A stretch of DNA of 64,000 nt from NCBI GenBank assembly GCA_049724395.1, contig JAUGWO010000017.1:1-64000 (forward strand). Reading direction: 5' to 3'. A model generated the notes under the pieces. It ran no database searches and was not told the origin of the DNA. It was given only the letters and a program-made list of their open reading frames with translations. Shown here one piece after another: positions 41,043 to 53,427 of the stretch. This DNA comes from Spongospora subterranea f. sp. subterranea. Lineage: Eukaryota. The translations under genes were made by a program, and so were the position numbers. How positions within the stretch are numbered: the stretch's first letter is position 1; each line of letters opens with the position of its first letter.

Positions 41043-42351
41043 ATGGCCATCGGGATCAGAGATTTGACTTCGGTAGACGACGAATGTATCGGTTGGTGTC
41101 AATCGGTTATTCCGACCCATCCCTGATTGGCACCAATTGCAGGTACAGGCTCCTCCTCCAGAGTCTATCTGTATCAGGCGGCGCCCATTGGTACACAGTC
41201 TGGACAATATTTCGCAGTGAAGCGGCTCGATAAGCGAACAATCGCAGACCCTCGTCAAATACTATTGGAGAAAGGAATACTATCATCCCTTCATCACCCA
41301 TCGATAGTAAAATTGTATATCGTCAAAAGCTCTCGTCGTTTGGTTGATGCCGGGTTAATCTGATTTTGCCATTTTACGGTAGATACGGGACTGATAAAGA
41401 TGAACACTATTTATACTTCATATTAGAGTACTGCCCTAATGGCTCATTAGCTTCGTTTATGGGCCAGTGCATAACGGGTAAACTGACAAAGTATCCAATC
41501 TAACTGCAATACTGAGCGATTTTAAGGCCTTTCTGATGACGCTGTCAGGGTATTATCGTGTGAATTGCTCCTATCTATACAATACCTTCATGAACAAATG
41601 GGAATCGTTCACAATGATATAAAACCAGGAAATATTCTCATCTCTGACCAACACCATATCAAACTCTGCGATTTCGGATCTGCATTCTATGTGAAAGAAG
41701 GACTGAGGTTGAGAATTGGTTTTCATTGTGATGCATGATTATAATGAGGTCTTAATGAGTATAATATCCTGCTCAGCTCAAAGTCAGAACATGGAACCCG
41801 GATATATTGGGCGCCAGAGCTGATAAAGCGCTATAGAGATCGCAGGTAGCGGAAATCCTCTCAGCAGATATATGAACAAGTCTCAAATATGCCATTAGTT
41901 CTGATTTAATCACATTTAAAGTTGATATTTGGGCATTTGGCATCACGATGTATCAGATATTGTTCAATACTCATCCGTTTATTTCGGAATCGGAATCAGA
42001 TCTACAAATCAAGGTCAAAGGTGTGACCGAAGTTCAGCCCGATTCATTCCAACGGGTTTTCATACATAGGCCATCCATAATGAAGTCGAATTGCCACCAA
42101 ATCATATTCAACCAGATCTACTAAATATCATTCACATGTGTCTCATGAAATCGCCAGATCAACGACCGTCTGCTAAGGAGTTGCTTCAGACGGAATATTA
42201 CAAGGGTGAATGTGATTCTACTGCGATGGATCATCTGAACTGAATATCGCGAACAGGTATAAATACAGATACGATATTAGAGGGAATTGGTCCTTTGTAT
42301 GAACAAGATAATATATCGCATCAAGAACAGGCGTTATTCTATAAATTTTAA
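41043..42351 (+). CDS. Ser/Thr protein kinase (AGC/PDK1-like), multi-exon
   Basis: IGTGSSSRV, FAVKRL, LYFILEYCPNG, VHNDIKPGNIL, LCDFGSA, YWAPE, VDIWAFG, PDQRPSA. Confidence 0.9.
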
Positions 42352-42681
42352 GCCATCATTATCAAAATCACACCGACAGCTCACAAAACATTGATCTTGG
42401 ACTGATTGAATTTCGGGAATACATCATCGACAGATCATCAGCAGAAATCCCCGATCCGAGATTAGGTACAAGTTTTCGCTTAGGCCCCATGGACATGTTA
42501 CGCCAGGGGTCGTAGCCGAAGGGTCCAATTTGTGCAGCTACGGACTGACGGTACAGTCGTCCATGAATACGTTGGAGGGCCACAACCCGACTTGGGCTAC
42601 ATAGCCACAGTATTACAGTGTCCGGTTGGTCGCAATAATTCGTGTATGTAGTCGCCTAAAAGAATTGATTTTTTTGACGTT

Positions 42682-43438
42682 ATGGTATTCACTCGTAATA
42701 GTAGTTGGTGCTGCTGTCTGAACTTGGCATTTGTCATTAGAGGGCTATCATCCAACGTGTGAAACAAGCGAGCGTCACTGTCAATGGAACGGCTGTGTCT
42801 TCCATAGAATGTGGAATATGCGTTTTGGTTGGGATTGCGGCAACGGATACTGCAACCGATGCTGAGTATATGTTGGGTGAATCCTAGCACATCACGTAGG
42901 CTACTTTTACACTGATATCAATCATAATTAGAAAGAAACGGATACTGGGGATGAAATTGTGGCCCAACGATGATGGGAAACCATGGAAGAAGAATGTAGC
43001 TGATATAGGTGGCTCAATCCTATCGGGTAGATCTGTTTGCTGTTTCATATAATTCTCGTTGAGCTTGTCATGATAGTATCCCAATTCACATTATATGCTA
43101 CATTGAAGAATTCGACAATGCCCACATTTCACAAATCTATGAGGGGAGAAGATGCCCAGCAATTCTACAACAAATTTCTACAAGATCTGTCTGCTGAATA
43201 TGATGACTCAAGAGTAAAGGGTAATGGATTTGTCCCAACTGTTTTGCTTGACATAGTTTTGGAAATTTGCTAACGATTGGATGTTGGACCAGACGGAGTA
43301 TTCGGTGCAATGATGGATGTGAATATTGTCAAGTTAGTCATCTGTTTGCCTTACTGTATTGGTTTGTCTAACTTTTTCAGTGATGGGCCAGTTACGATCA
43401 TTATCGACTCAAATTCACCCACTGGTGTCAGTGAATAA
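42682..43438 (+). CDS. DTD1: D-aminoacyl-tRNA deacylase
   Basis: M|RAIIQRVKQASV...SQFTL...GVFGAMMDVNIVNDGPVT. Confidence 0.93.
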
Positions 43439-43531
43439 GAATCAATAATAAGACCGGACGATGAATTTCCGAGACTCTAACTCAATCGATTCCGGTTTCA
43501 CGATCATTAATTCAGAGCAAAATCTGAGGAT

Positions 43532-44707
43532 TCATCGCAATCCTAAATTTACACCATCATCGATCAGACGTCTGGAAATCTGCTTTATTACAATTCCGTT
43601 TTTCGTCATTCGTTCCCCCATATACGATAATGAGGGATTTGACGTTTCGGAAAGCAGTTTCGAGTGATCGGGACGCGGTGAAACCAAGAAGATTGGTGTT
43701 GAACAGAAGTTGATGGAATCTCCTTTGTCCGAATTGATCATTGCGTTTTGAGTGTAATAGCATTGTTTCAACGTTGGATTGGATCAAGAGGGACGAAATT
43801 CAAGCCGGGCAGAGAAGTCGTTAATTCTGCCGCTTCAATAATTATTAGTCATCCAACGGTGATCAGTGAACTGGGACAAGGCACACGATCTCTGCTGTCT
43901 AGCAAACCCAGAGGCGCACTCTCTGGAATTCACTGTCCATACGGCCGAAATGATCTCAAATCATTATTGATCAGTTGATCACGCGTCGCTACTACCTAAT
44001 CCCTAATCACCTCAATATTTTTGTCCATCCCCATATTAGAAAGAAAGTTTTCCAACATTTGTTGCCCTGAGGCTTGGTGTAATACTTGATAATCTGTTTG
44101 GTTGATTGAAATACAACCAAGTCTACTACTTAATTACACTAGCACCTGCCCTTCATCAGCACTGTAGCAACCTAGAGAGTCTGATTAACTCAGCTGCTGC
44201 ATATATGGGCGACATTTGACCACACGAGTACCACTGCGGAACGCCAAAGGCCACATTGATCAGACTTCCTGCCGTGACCCAATCATCTCGAATCACCACG
44301 GCGTTCGGAGATCGCAACATTGACAGTTTGGGTAAAATTCCATCCATCTGATTTCCAACGATTTGTGGACACGATGGTGCATGATTTTATCGCGTGATTT
44401 AGGTTAGGGAGAGATGGCAGCTGTTTCAATTCGAACGATGATGTCGGGGAGTCATCAATGGACCACGAGAGGTTCATATCTTGAGTATGTCGAACTGCGA
44501 CAGAGCGTTTGGACACTGGTTACGGAAATTCGATCAAAGGGGACGTGAGATTCGCCTTTCTGCCAGTAAGTTTCCGAAATATGTCGACAACCAGCCAGAA
44601 TCGCAGCAAGGAACTGAAACTGTCGTTATCACCGAGAGAAACTCATGCTCGCAACGAATGTCGCCTATCTACCAGTTCGAGAGTGTGTGCAATATCGACT
44701 CGACATG
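43532..44707 (-). CDS. Hypothetical multi-exon protein
   Basis: Chain of short minus-strand ORFs with plausible splice sites; no family recognised. Confidence 0.3.
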
Positions 44708-44767
44708 GATCTTGACAGAACAGCCACGATGTTCTTCAAATATATGGTACATGTTTAATATAACAAA

Positions 44768-46022
44768 TTAAATGTCAAATTCATCATCGTCACCAGACCC
44801 ATATTCTCGCATCACCTCAATATACTGTTGATATTCATCATGGGATAATGCTTGCACCATCTCTTCAGTAATATTATTGATTGGAATGGATCGTCCACCG
44901 ATCATAACAGTGGCAACAGATGAATGGCTCTGCTGTATATTCTCTCTTGGAATCTCCTCATTATCAGTGGTTCCATTCGCCGGTTTTGGTGCCGCCCTAT
45001 GCAGTTCATGTTCCTGTTTCCTGAGAAGTTCTTGAAACATTCCTTCATCAACAACATCGTGTCTGGGCTCATCTTTGAGAATATCGAACAGATCACTATC
45101 CCCGAGCAGCACCGCTATCCCATGGAACAGCCTTTGACCTTGAAGCGTTTGCAGCAGAATTGGTGTTGTTTGGCCCAGCCGCTCCTGACTTCGCATCTCC
45201 GGACTCGATATGAACACTGATCGATTCCAGACCGGTTAACGCTGATGTCCCTGTCGATATCGGCTGGGAATCTGATTGCATTGCCTGCTCCTGCCTCTCT
45301 TGTGTCAGGTAATGAACCAGTTGCTGTACTTGCCCTTCAATACCGGATAGCTGCTGGTTGATACGTGCCTTGAGATCATCATGAGATGATTTAGCATTAT
45401 CCACGCCACGAATATCCTTGATGAGGGGACTCCGGCAATGCTCGCAGATAAAATCGGTTGTTTTCATTCGGCGACACGACGTGATGGCCTCCATTGTTGA
45501 TAAGTGCTTGGTGTGATAGAAACATTGTGTAGATGAACAGATATACGTCTCTTCGGTGACTGCTGAATTGGATACGAGATTGGCCTGCTTCCTCATCATC
45601 ATCATACGATATCGAAATATTCGAGCAAATCTCTCAACGTTGAACGACCATAAGAATATGGTAACTTTCTTAGCATTAGCTGCTTGTCGTTGAGACCTCT
45701 CTTGTACGATGCCATCTCGTTTCAAGGTCTGCAGGCAGGTTCTAACAAGCTTGGCGGGCAGGCCAATGTGATTGGCGAGATCAGTATCATTGACACTAAT
45801 CGGGTAATATGAGTCAAAAACGGTCGCAAAGGATAACGATCAATAACGGATAATCATTACGGCTGGATAGGTTCAGCTAATAAACCATCGTATACCACTA
45901 TATGAGTCTGACAACAAAACACGTTAGACACGACAGTTGAATAATATTTGTACAATTACATCTTGGTAGAAAGCTCGCACCACCATACGAGCTACTTTCT
46001 CGCCAAGTAATCTGCTATTCAT
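44768..46022 (-). CDS. GTF2E1: Transcription initiation factor TFIIE alpha subunit
   Basis: ARMVVRAFY winged-helix start, zinc ribbon YICSSTQC...FICEHC, VPW, C-terminal VMIGG...EYQQY; a 40-nt intron near 45071-45110 joins the two ORFs in frame. Confidence 0.85.
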
Positions 46023-46285
46023 TCGATAAAGATGCGGTGGCAAGATTTGGTGATTATCAAGCGGGCAAGACTGCAAATGAGATAGGGAAAGGCAGCAATG
46101 AGATTCGCCGGCAAATCAAGGATAAATATGACTGTGATGGAGAGGCTGTATCGCCATTTACAGTACACTGAAGAACTGCGTAAAAGGACCGAGGTTGCCC
46201 GGTGTGTACCATAAACTGGGCTGCGTCACACCCTGAGAATATCACCTTAATCTGTGCGATTACACACAGATCATTTCTTGTCGAT

Positions 46286-46888
46286 ATGGAAATTACGGGG
46301 ATCGCCACGCTAACGGTGGTGATGTTTTTAACGCTGTTCGTATTTACATCAGCTAATGATGACGCCGTTTCACCATCTCCGGTTCTTGTGTATATGGAGT
46401 TTGCCCAGTCTCGAGGGCCCCTCGGTGTCGGCCAGACGTTCGGAGTCAAATACACTGTGAGCAACATTGGAGAGGAAGATGTCGATATCGTATCGATTGA
46501 TGGCCTAATGTGGTCGGGACTCAAACACGATGTTTCTCGAGATGAATATTCTCAGACTGTTCCCAAGCTCGGCGGTCAGGTTGTTGTCAATTGCCATATC
46601 ACACCCCAGCAAGAAGGCGCAATGAAATCCGTTCCAGCCGAGATAGCTTTTCGCGTCAAGGACGGGCCGGTTCGGAAAGTGTTATCCAGCGATATCGGAA
46701 CAGTGACTGTATTGTCGGCTGATGAATATCATCAAGCGACACACAAGTTCGTCAAAGAATACACTGTTTTTGCTGGTATCGCCTCATTCATGACACTAAT
46801 GCCTTTATATGTCATATTGTCCGACTACTTTTTCTACACTCATGGATTCCCCAACAAAGTCATTTCGTCAGTCAAGAAGAACAAATAA
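46286..46888 (+). CDS. SSR2: Translocon-associated protein beta subunit
   Basis: Signal peptide, VKYTVSNIGE...V.I.D, SSDIG...ILS..EY-like segment, C-terminal TM and basic tail. Confidence 0.75.
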   Translation: MEITGIATLTVVMFLTLFVFTSANDDAVSPSPVLVYMEFAQSRGPLGVGQTFGVKYTVSNIGEEDVDIVSIDGLMWSGLKHDVSRDEYSQTVPKLGGQVVVNCHITPQQEGAMKSVPAEIAFRVKDGPVRKVLSSDIGTVTVLSADEYHQATHKFVKEYTVFAGIASFMTLMPLYVILSDYFFYTHGFPNKVISSVKKNK

Positions 46889-48049
46889 ATATTGCGAAAT
46901 ATATTTTCTGATTGCTATTTATTAGTTTCGAATCTGCCGTATGCGAATCACAAACTGATTGAGGTTCGCTGCCGACAAACTGGGAGAACGCGTTTGGCTG
47001 GAGAGTGATTCTGCCGATGGTGAATGACCCGGTGTCGGTTATTATCCTATGGGGTTTCAGAGATTCATCCGTACATAAATAGAGTTGATCAAGTGATAAC
47101 CGTTGATTTGAAGATGCCATTTCAATCACAATAATGGCCATCATACAGTATTCCCATCGCAAACGGTGTCGCGACTCTTTGTGCGGTATTGCAGAGGCGG
47201 CGACATATCTGCCTCAAACAGCCATGGGAAGGCGAGCCTATTTTGGGCAAGCTCGTCAATCGGGTATCTGAGGTTTTTCTTGGTCATTGCGTTGGCAACC
47301 TAATACAGGAGACTCAAAACCAAATTCGAAAATGATTTGTTCCGAACAGTGTTCTCCTCTACAGCATTCTGTCATAATCAGATAGATATAAGATCAGTTC
47401 TCCAAAGAAACTCCCCAGCGAGATTGCGACCTCAATTGTCAGCAATTCTGAAACATGCTTCGGATGGGGTAATTGTGACCATCATCTTGTACTGTAGTTG
47501 ATAAAAGAATTATCTGGAAATATCGAATTGATATTAGTGCTCACTCGTTATATCAGTGATTTCTTCTGATCCTCATCTGTCGAACTACTGTGTTTCTCCC
47601 ACTGAAATCTGTCATCTTCACCTCATATTTCTCTGGACGGGTTCCAACAGTTTGGCCGTATTAAGTTGATATTTGTCAAGGGTTGTGGCTGTCCCTTGAC
47701 AGATTCAGACATGGCAGTCAGGAAGTTTCCTCAAAAATGTTCCAACAGGAATGCTCTAAAACCATGGACTGCCGACCGAGTCGCTTTTGAACAGGAATGA
47801 CGCCCCATCCTCGTCATCCCGATTACCTCTTCATAATACAGACATCTTCCCTCGTTTTAGTCTCACCTTCACTCGTTCCCGCCGTTCACTTCTCTGCTAT
47901 CGCCGTCTCTGCCTCAAACCCTAACATTCAGAACAAGTCTTCGACTCGCCCCAGCTCGTATTTTTCGTGACTCTATTTGGTGCGGCGAGTCAATCAGATC
48001 CTTTCCTCAGAGGATATTCAATGTGATCAATATTCTTATTTTACTGTGG

Positions 48050-49660
48050 CTGATCATGGTGATTTAGCATGCCGACTGGTGCAAAACGTTCGATATATTG
48101 ATTCCTTTTGGCCTCTCCACCCCAGTCTCTTTTTCCAATGTTCAACCGATTGAGGCCACCACAGACCCAGAACGAAATATCCCACGACATTCAACCTTAC
48201 AAAACGGCTACTGAAACATCGAACTTCATGAATCTTCAAAATGAATTTTCGCAATTTCCAGTGTTGAGGGCGCATTTCATATACAGGTTTTTCACAAGGC
48301 TTGGCCTTGGCCTCCATACCGTCATTCTTCCAAAGCTCGACTTTGAATCCTTGTTCCGTTAATAAATTGAAAAACCGGCGAGAATAGACGTGCAACGATG
48401 GAAATAGCGTTGTCTGTCACCAGTTGACCATGTCCCGTACCAAAACAGGTCACGGTGAGATACATATTCAGTCGTTGGCGTCCACGCTGAACAGAAAAAC
48501 CATGTTCTTTGTGTGCAACACTGTCAACAGCAAATTTTTCCTGCACGAGCAGGACTTTCGGGCGATCAAAGCACACAATTCATTCAAGATGCAAATGCCG
48601 CTATTTTCAAGGAATATTCATCCGACGACGCGTTAGTGAACATTTGAAGGCTTGTCTCAGCGGTTCAATCTTGAGAAACTTATTCGGGACCGTTTTTAAG
48701 GTTTGCATCACCAACACCAGCAAAGTCTTCACTGCTGGTGCCAGAGCAATTCAGCTGGGCGAGGGTTCTAATTAAAGAGTTACGTGTAAAGGGGAAAAGA
48801 AAAAATAATTGATGAAGTTCAATATTTTTCAGTTTCCTCAGCACTTCGAAGCGATGGTAGAGTTGCAAGAGAACACTTCTTTGAGAGTATCAATGAAAAT
48901 AATTGAGGACCGAAGGCTGATCAGTGAATTCACCTTTACTACTGTGCAAGCTGAATTTGACAAAGTTTCCCAATGTGTCATTGCTTCAAAAAACAAAACT
49001 TTTGCTCAGGAAGTGACAGTATTTGAAGTTAAAAGATTCGATAAAAGCCGATCGTTTCCAAGACAGATGTAGTTTCCCAACTGGTTCACTGCTCGTTCTT
49101 TCTCATTGTTTCAAATGCCTTGTCGGCACATCGCTGAAAGATTGAAAATTTTCCTAGGCGATGGCAAATCCGGCATCATCCATTGTTCCCAATGGCCCTT
49201 GTTAGACTGAATTTGATCACAGCATTTCGTCAGAAAGTGATCGGATCGAACCACAAGCAATGATTGATCAATATGAAGTTATCGCTGATGCATATGCTCA
49301 AAACACTTATCCACGAGATGAAGCCACTCGTTTCACCACAGTCATGTCGGATTTCAAGCATCTTGTGGTCAGGTTTTTCATAAGTACTTCAGACACGTTG
49401 TTGCTAGAATCCATCCCATTGACAGAGCTTATGAGGCGCGAACAATTGTAGCATGTTTTGATGCAGTCTTCAGAAAACGTTCTAAAAGAAATGCGCATTT
49501 TTGAAAGGGAGACTGGGAACAATGAATGATGTCGAATTTGCCATCGAGAAAGAAATTCTCGGCGGAGTCGAAAAGTGCATGCGGAACATATAAGCAAAGG
49601 ATCACCGTTTGCCCTGTTTGAGACTTTGTATATGTATCGACAAGCATGTGAAATGATGAG
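48050..49660 (+). mobile_element. Degenerate Mutator-like (MULE/SWIM) transposase remnant
   Basis: FSLFQMPCRHIA (SWIM-like, ~49100-49135), decayed zinc-knuckle-like CGT.KQ..H...CP near 49580-49615, many stops and frameshifts. Confidence 0.5.
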
Positions 49661-49800
49661 AAGAACGAGCATGAAGTAGTAGGAAGAATTTATTGGAACT
49701 GCCAGACTGGAAACGAACATAACGATCCGCATTGTTGGTACAATCAACGAGCACGACGAATCTGGCAATGGCGGTACAGGGGATGCTTGAATAATGACAA

Positions 49801-50193
49801 GATCACACTTACACTAAAGTCAAACCTGACAGTGCATATTGTGTACACGCGGCAACTGATCCCGCGGCAACTGATCTTACGGCCGTGGTACTGTAGTTGG
49901 AGACCGATCACATCAGTCGACAGAAAGACCAAATCCGATCACTCTATAAGTCAAACCTGACAGTGCGCATGTGTACATGCGGCAACTGATCTTACGGCCG
50001 TGGTACTGTAGTTGGAGACTGATCACATCAGTCGACAGAAAGACCAAATCCGATCACTCTATAAGTCAAACCTGACAGTGCGCATGTGTACATGCGGCAA
50101 CTGATCTTACGGCCGTGGTACTGTAGTTGGAGACTGATCACATCAGTCGACAGAAAGACCAAATCCGGTCACTCTATAAGTCAAACCTGACAG
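49801..50193. repeat. 115-bp tandem repeat, about 3.3 copies
   Basis: gatcacatcagtcgacagaaagacc... recurs at 49906, 50021, 50136. Confidence 0.92.
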
Positions 50194-50561
50194 TACCTCA
50201 ACTACCTGTAGGGGTGGCAACGGGTTGATCACAACCGGGTGCAAACCGATCCAAACCGGTTCGATCAGTTTGCGTTTTTGCCAAAACCAAATCAAACCGG
50301 TTTCAACGAGGTTTGACCAAAAGACGCAGAATTGTTTCCTAAAAAGATTGAATAAACTTCGAGAGGAACCTCTCAGAGTCTCTCGGGCTCTCCCCGCCTC
50401 TGCCTGAGTGCCTATCTCCGCCCTCCCCATGGCCTCGGTAGCGATGGAACACTTAGATCCCGACGTCCACAGTGACCATGATAGGGAACGGATGGCCTCG
50501 ACGTTGAAGGGAAGGGCAGGTCTCCGTGTCGGCCCAAGCTAGCAACGCTGACAGTACTGTA

Positions 50562-50647
50562 TGTCGGAGTACGTCCTCAAGACGTTTATGCATTTGTCGA
50601 GCAGCATTCTGAAAACATGCATAGACGTCTGAGGACTTACTCCGACA
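50562..50647. repeat. 86-bp imperfect palindrome (hairpin)
   Basis: tgtcggagtacgtcctcaagacgtttatgcat pairs with atgcatagacgtctgaggacttactccgaca. Confidence 0.85.
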
Positions 50648-50864
50648 ATCGACATGTACCCACCAGTGGGGAAAGTCATCTGTACAACCTATATGAGGAA
50701 CGACACTAACGGTGTTTCCATTATGCCGTGACTGACTACGGACAACGGTACAGTACGGTAGGTCTTGGGTCTAGACGACTGCACTGTTGGACAATCAAAC
50801 ACCGCATACATTGGTTGACCAGGTCGCAGTCCGAACTTTTCATCATTATTGTATTAGGTTAAAA

Positions 50865-51581
50865 ATGAAGGTTTCAATTTTTGTCGTCATTGGAATTGCT
50901 CTAGCGGTCGGTGTTGCACAGGTGACAGGTCACGATGTTGCAGAGGTGACAGGTCTCGAGGGCGATAAGACCCAAGCAGAAGTCGGTGTTGCAGAGGTGA
51001 CAGGTCTCGAGGGCGATAAGACCCAAGCAGAAGTCGGTGTTGCAGAGGTGACAGGTCTCGAGGGCGATAAGACCCAAGCAGAAGTCGGTGTTGCAGAGGT
51101 GACAGGTCGCGAGGACGATGAGACACAACTACCTCAGGAACTGACACCTACTAGTTACGACGGGACGGTCCAGACCGATGACAACCAAACAACAATTAAC
51201 GATGAGAACGAAAAGGATCTCTCGTCAGCTGAACTGGACCACGACTCTACTTGCGTGTGCTTGCCTTGCATCATGAAGGCGATTGATCTACTTTACACTA
51301 ACGACGATTTTGAAAATGCATATGAATTAACGGCAAAGGATATTGACTCATTTGAAGAGGAAAGGCCTTCATTGCAGCTTCAAGAAGGTGATTATTTCTC
51401 GGAACTGTCAGAAGGTGATTGTTCCTCGGAACTGTCAGAAGGTGATTGTTCCTCGGAACTGTCAGAAGGTGATTGTTCCTCGGAACTGTCAGAAGGTGAT
51501 TATCCCTTGGAACTGTCAGAAGGTGATTATCCCTTGGAACTGTTGGCAGTGTCATTGCTAGCCCAACTCATCACAGAATAA
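50865..51581 (+). CDS. Secreted acidic repeat protein (candidate effector)
   Basis: Signal peptide MKVSIFVVIGIALAVGVA; 51-bp repeats (VGVAEVTGLEGDKTQAE) and 24-bp repeats (ELSEGDCS/YP), all in frame. Confidence 0.75.
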   Translation: MKVSIFVVIGIALAVGVAQVTGHDVAEVTGLEGDKTQAEVGVAEVTGLEGDKTQAEVGVAEVTGLEGDKTQAEVGVAEVTGREDDETQLPQELTPTSYDGTVQTDDNQTTINDENEKDLSSAELDHDSTCVCLPCIMKAIDLLYTNDDFENAYELTAKDIDSFEEERPSLQLQEGDYFSELSEGDCSSELSEGDCSSELSEGDCSSELSEGDYPLELSEGDYPLELLAVSLLAQLITE

Positions 51582-52047
51582 AGCATCACTTGGGGAAGAA
51601 TCAAAAACAGTTGCCTGCAATTTCAGATATACACAGCAAAACTGCCATTTAAATGGTCTTTCAAAATGCCAAAACGAGTAGTATCCAGTACACAGTTGTA
51701 GTTGGCGATACGCATTAATGACTCCTTCATCTCTTGCACAATTGCCACGCGATTTCCCCACCAAAAATATTACATCATGACACTCGCCAGTGCTGATCGA
51801 CCACTTTTCTGATCAATATTCGTTCATCGAGGAAAGTCAAACGACACAGCATCGATTAACCAAACGCATCTCTAACTTGGATCACCACCTTGGATGACAG
51901 GAAAATACCAACTATTGTTAACAATTGGCGATCTATGTTTGTTTATTGATATCGATATCCTGAACATCTCATTACTATCACTATGGAATCAACTCGATGT
52001 ATTATTAGAGTGAATTGATACTAGAGGGTCATCAATCGGGTCGATGA

Positions 52048-53044
52048 TTAAGGTAAAGCGATTGAACGAACTTGATAGATTTGATTGTCGGCGATGTGCA
52101 CAGGTCCATAGGCGATACACATTGTGAAATCCTGATTCTCAGCAGGGCAAATCATGAGGACGTATTCACCAATATTGGCAAATGAAAAGTTGGGATCAAC
52201 ATGGCATCGACTGGCGAGGGTGTCCAACGTAACAAACACATCGGTTGGAATTGTCCAGGTCCATCCGCTGAACGACAACGTGTCGGATGGGGTAATTGTG
52301 ATCATCTTCTCGTAGTTGACGAGGGAATGATCTGGATATATTGGGATGATATGTGTTCGATCACTGGTTAGATCAGTGATCGCTCGTGCTGTTCTCCATA
52401 ACCCCATTTCCTGGTCCTGAACAGGATCAACTACTGTAAATGGTGTCGACCACTGACGACAATCGTCCTCACCTCATATTGCACCAACAGAGACGAGGAA
52501 TTATGACCAGATTTTTGTGAAAACCGAACCTCGTTTACAACAATTGCCTCATTCACCACCACCTCTATCCATCGTCGGCTAAGTCGGTCATTCCTTCCGC
52601 CCCAGAAGAGATCTGCCCCTGGACGCATAGCATTCGACACCTCATACCCCTATTACGACAATCAACCGGATCAGGTTGAACGAAGGACGAGGGCCAAATC
52701 ACGGCGATCACAATACCTCATATCCACCGAATTCTTGATCCGACGCCGATCTGTCAGAATGTGATAATGAATAACGGGGGGAAGGATCGGGATTAGGTTC
52801 GACACAATGGGCCATACCCTGAACATTTCACCGATATCAATTTCCCTTGCGATGTGATATCGTCACCGGAGTCGTCGATGAACTGAACGTACTCGACATC
52901 CCAGGCGAACTGGGTGGCGTTGGCCAACGATAGAACACGCCACCGATGGCTGGCGATGCGACCCTGATCGTCGGGTATCGCCGCCCTGATGGGAACAGCG
53001 ACACAGGTCAACGTGAAGATGACGATGATGACGGTTGCGATCAT
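52048..53044 (-). CDS. Secreted protein, possible galactose-binding-like (F5/8-type) domain, multi-exon
   Basis: Signal peptide MIATVIIVIFTLTCVA; HRWRV...WDVEYVQF; FWGG...WIEV...VRFSQ; 3' end uncertain. Confidence 0.55.
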
Positions 53045-53427
53045 TGTCAGTATGGCGAACTGTATTGAGTATGAGATTGGGGTTTCGATCAATTTCCCAT
53101 TCCGTCAAATTCTGAGGCGATGACTCACTCTCGTCCGCCCAATCACTAATCGTCAAAAAATGTTTACTCCAAAAATCACCTCCTGAGAAAACTTCTCCGT
53201 CCTTGGGCGAATTATCTCCTCACCGGGCCAATTCCAGTCCGAACTGCACTGTTTTTTGTAAATTGGTGTCGGGGCGGATAATGAGTTAGCCCCGTTACAG
53301 TCGACACACGGAGTCCGAAAGACCTTCGACGACTCCGATCTGTGTTGTGTTGTTGGCCCGACTCCGATCTGTATTCGGTGTGTCGTCCGTTTATTATTGA
53401 TCTAGCGGCTGGATCTAGTTCATCGTC

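Noticed and set aside
45061..45217. Programmed frameshift in TFIIE-alpha
   Set aside because: A 40-nt GT-AG intron joins the two ORFs in frame
46872..47940. Possible minus-strand gene after TRAP-beta
   Set aside because: Some exon-like pieces but no consistent spliced frame or family
49801..50193. CRISPR-like array next to mobile DNA
   Set aside because: Whole 115-bp units repeat; no variable spacers
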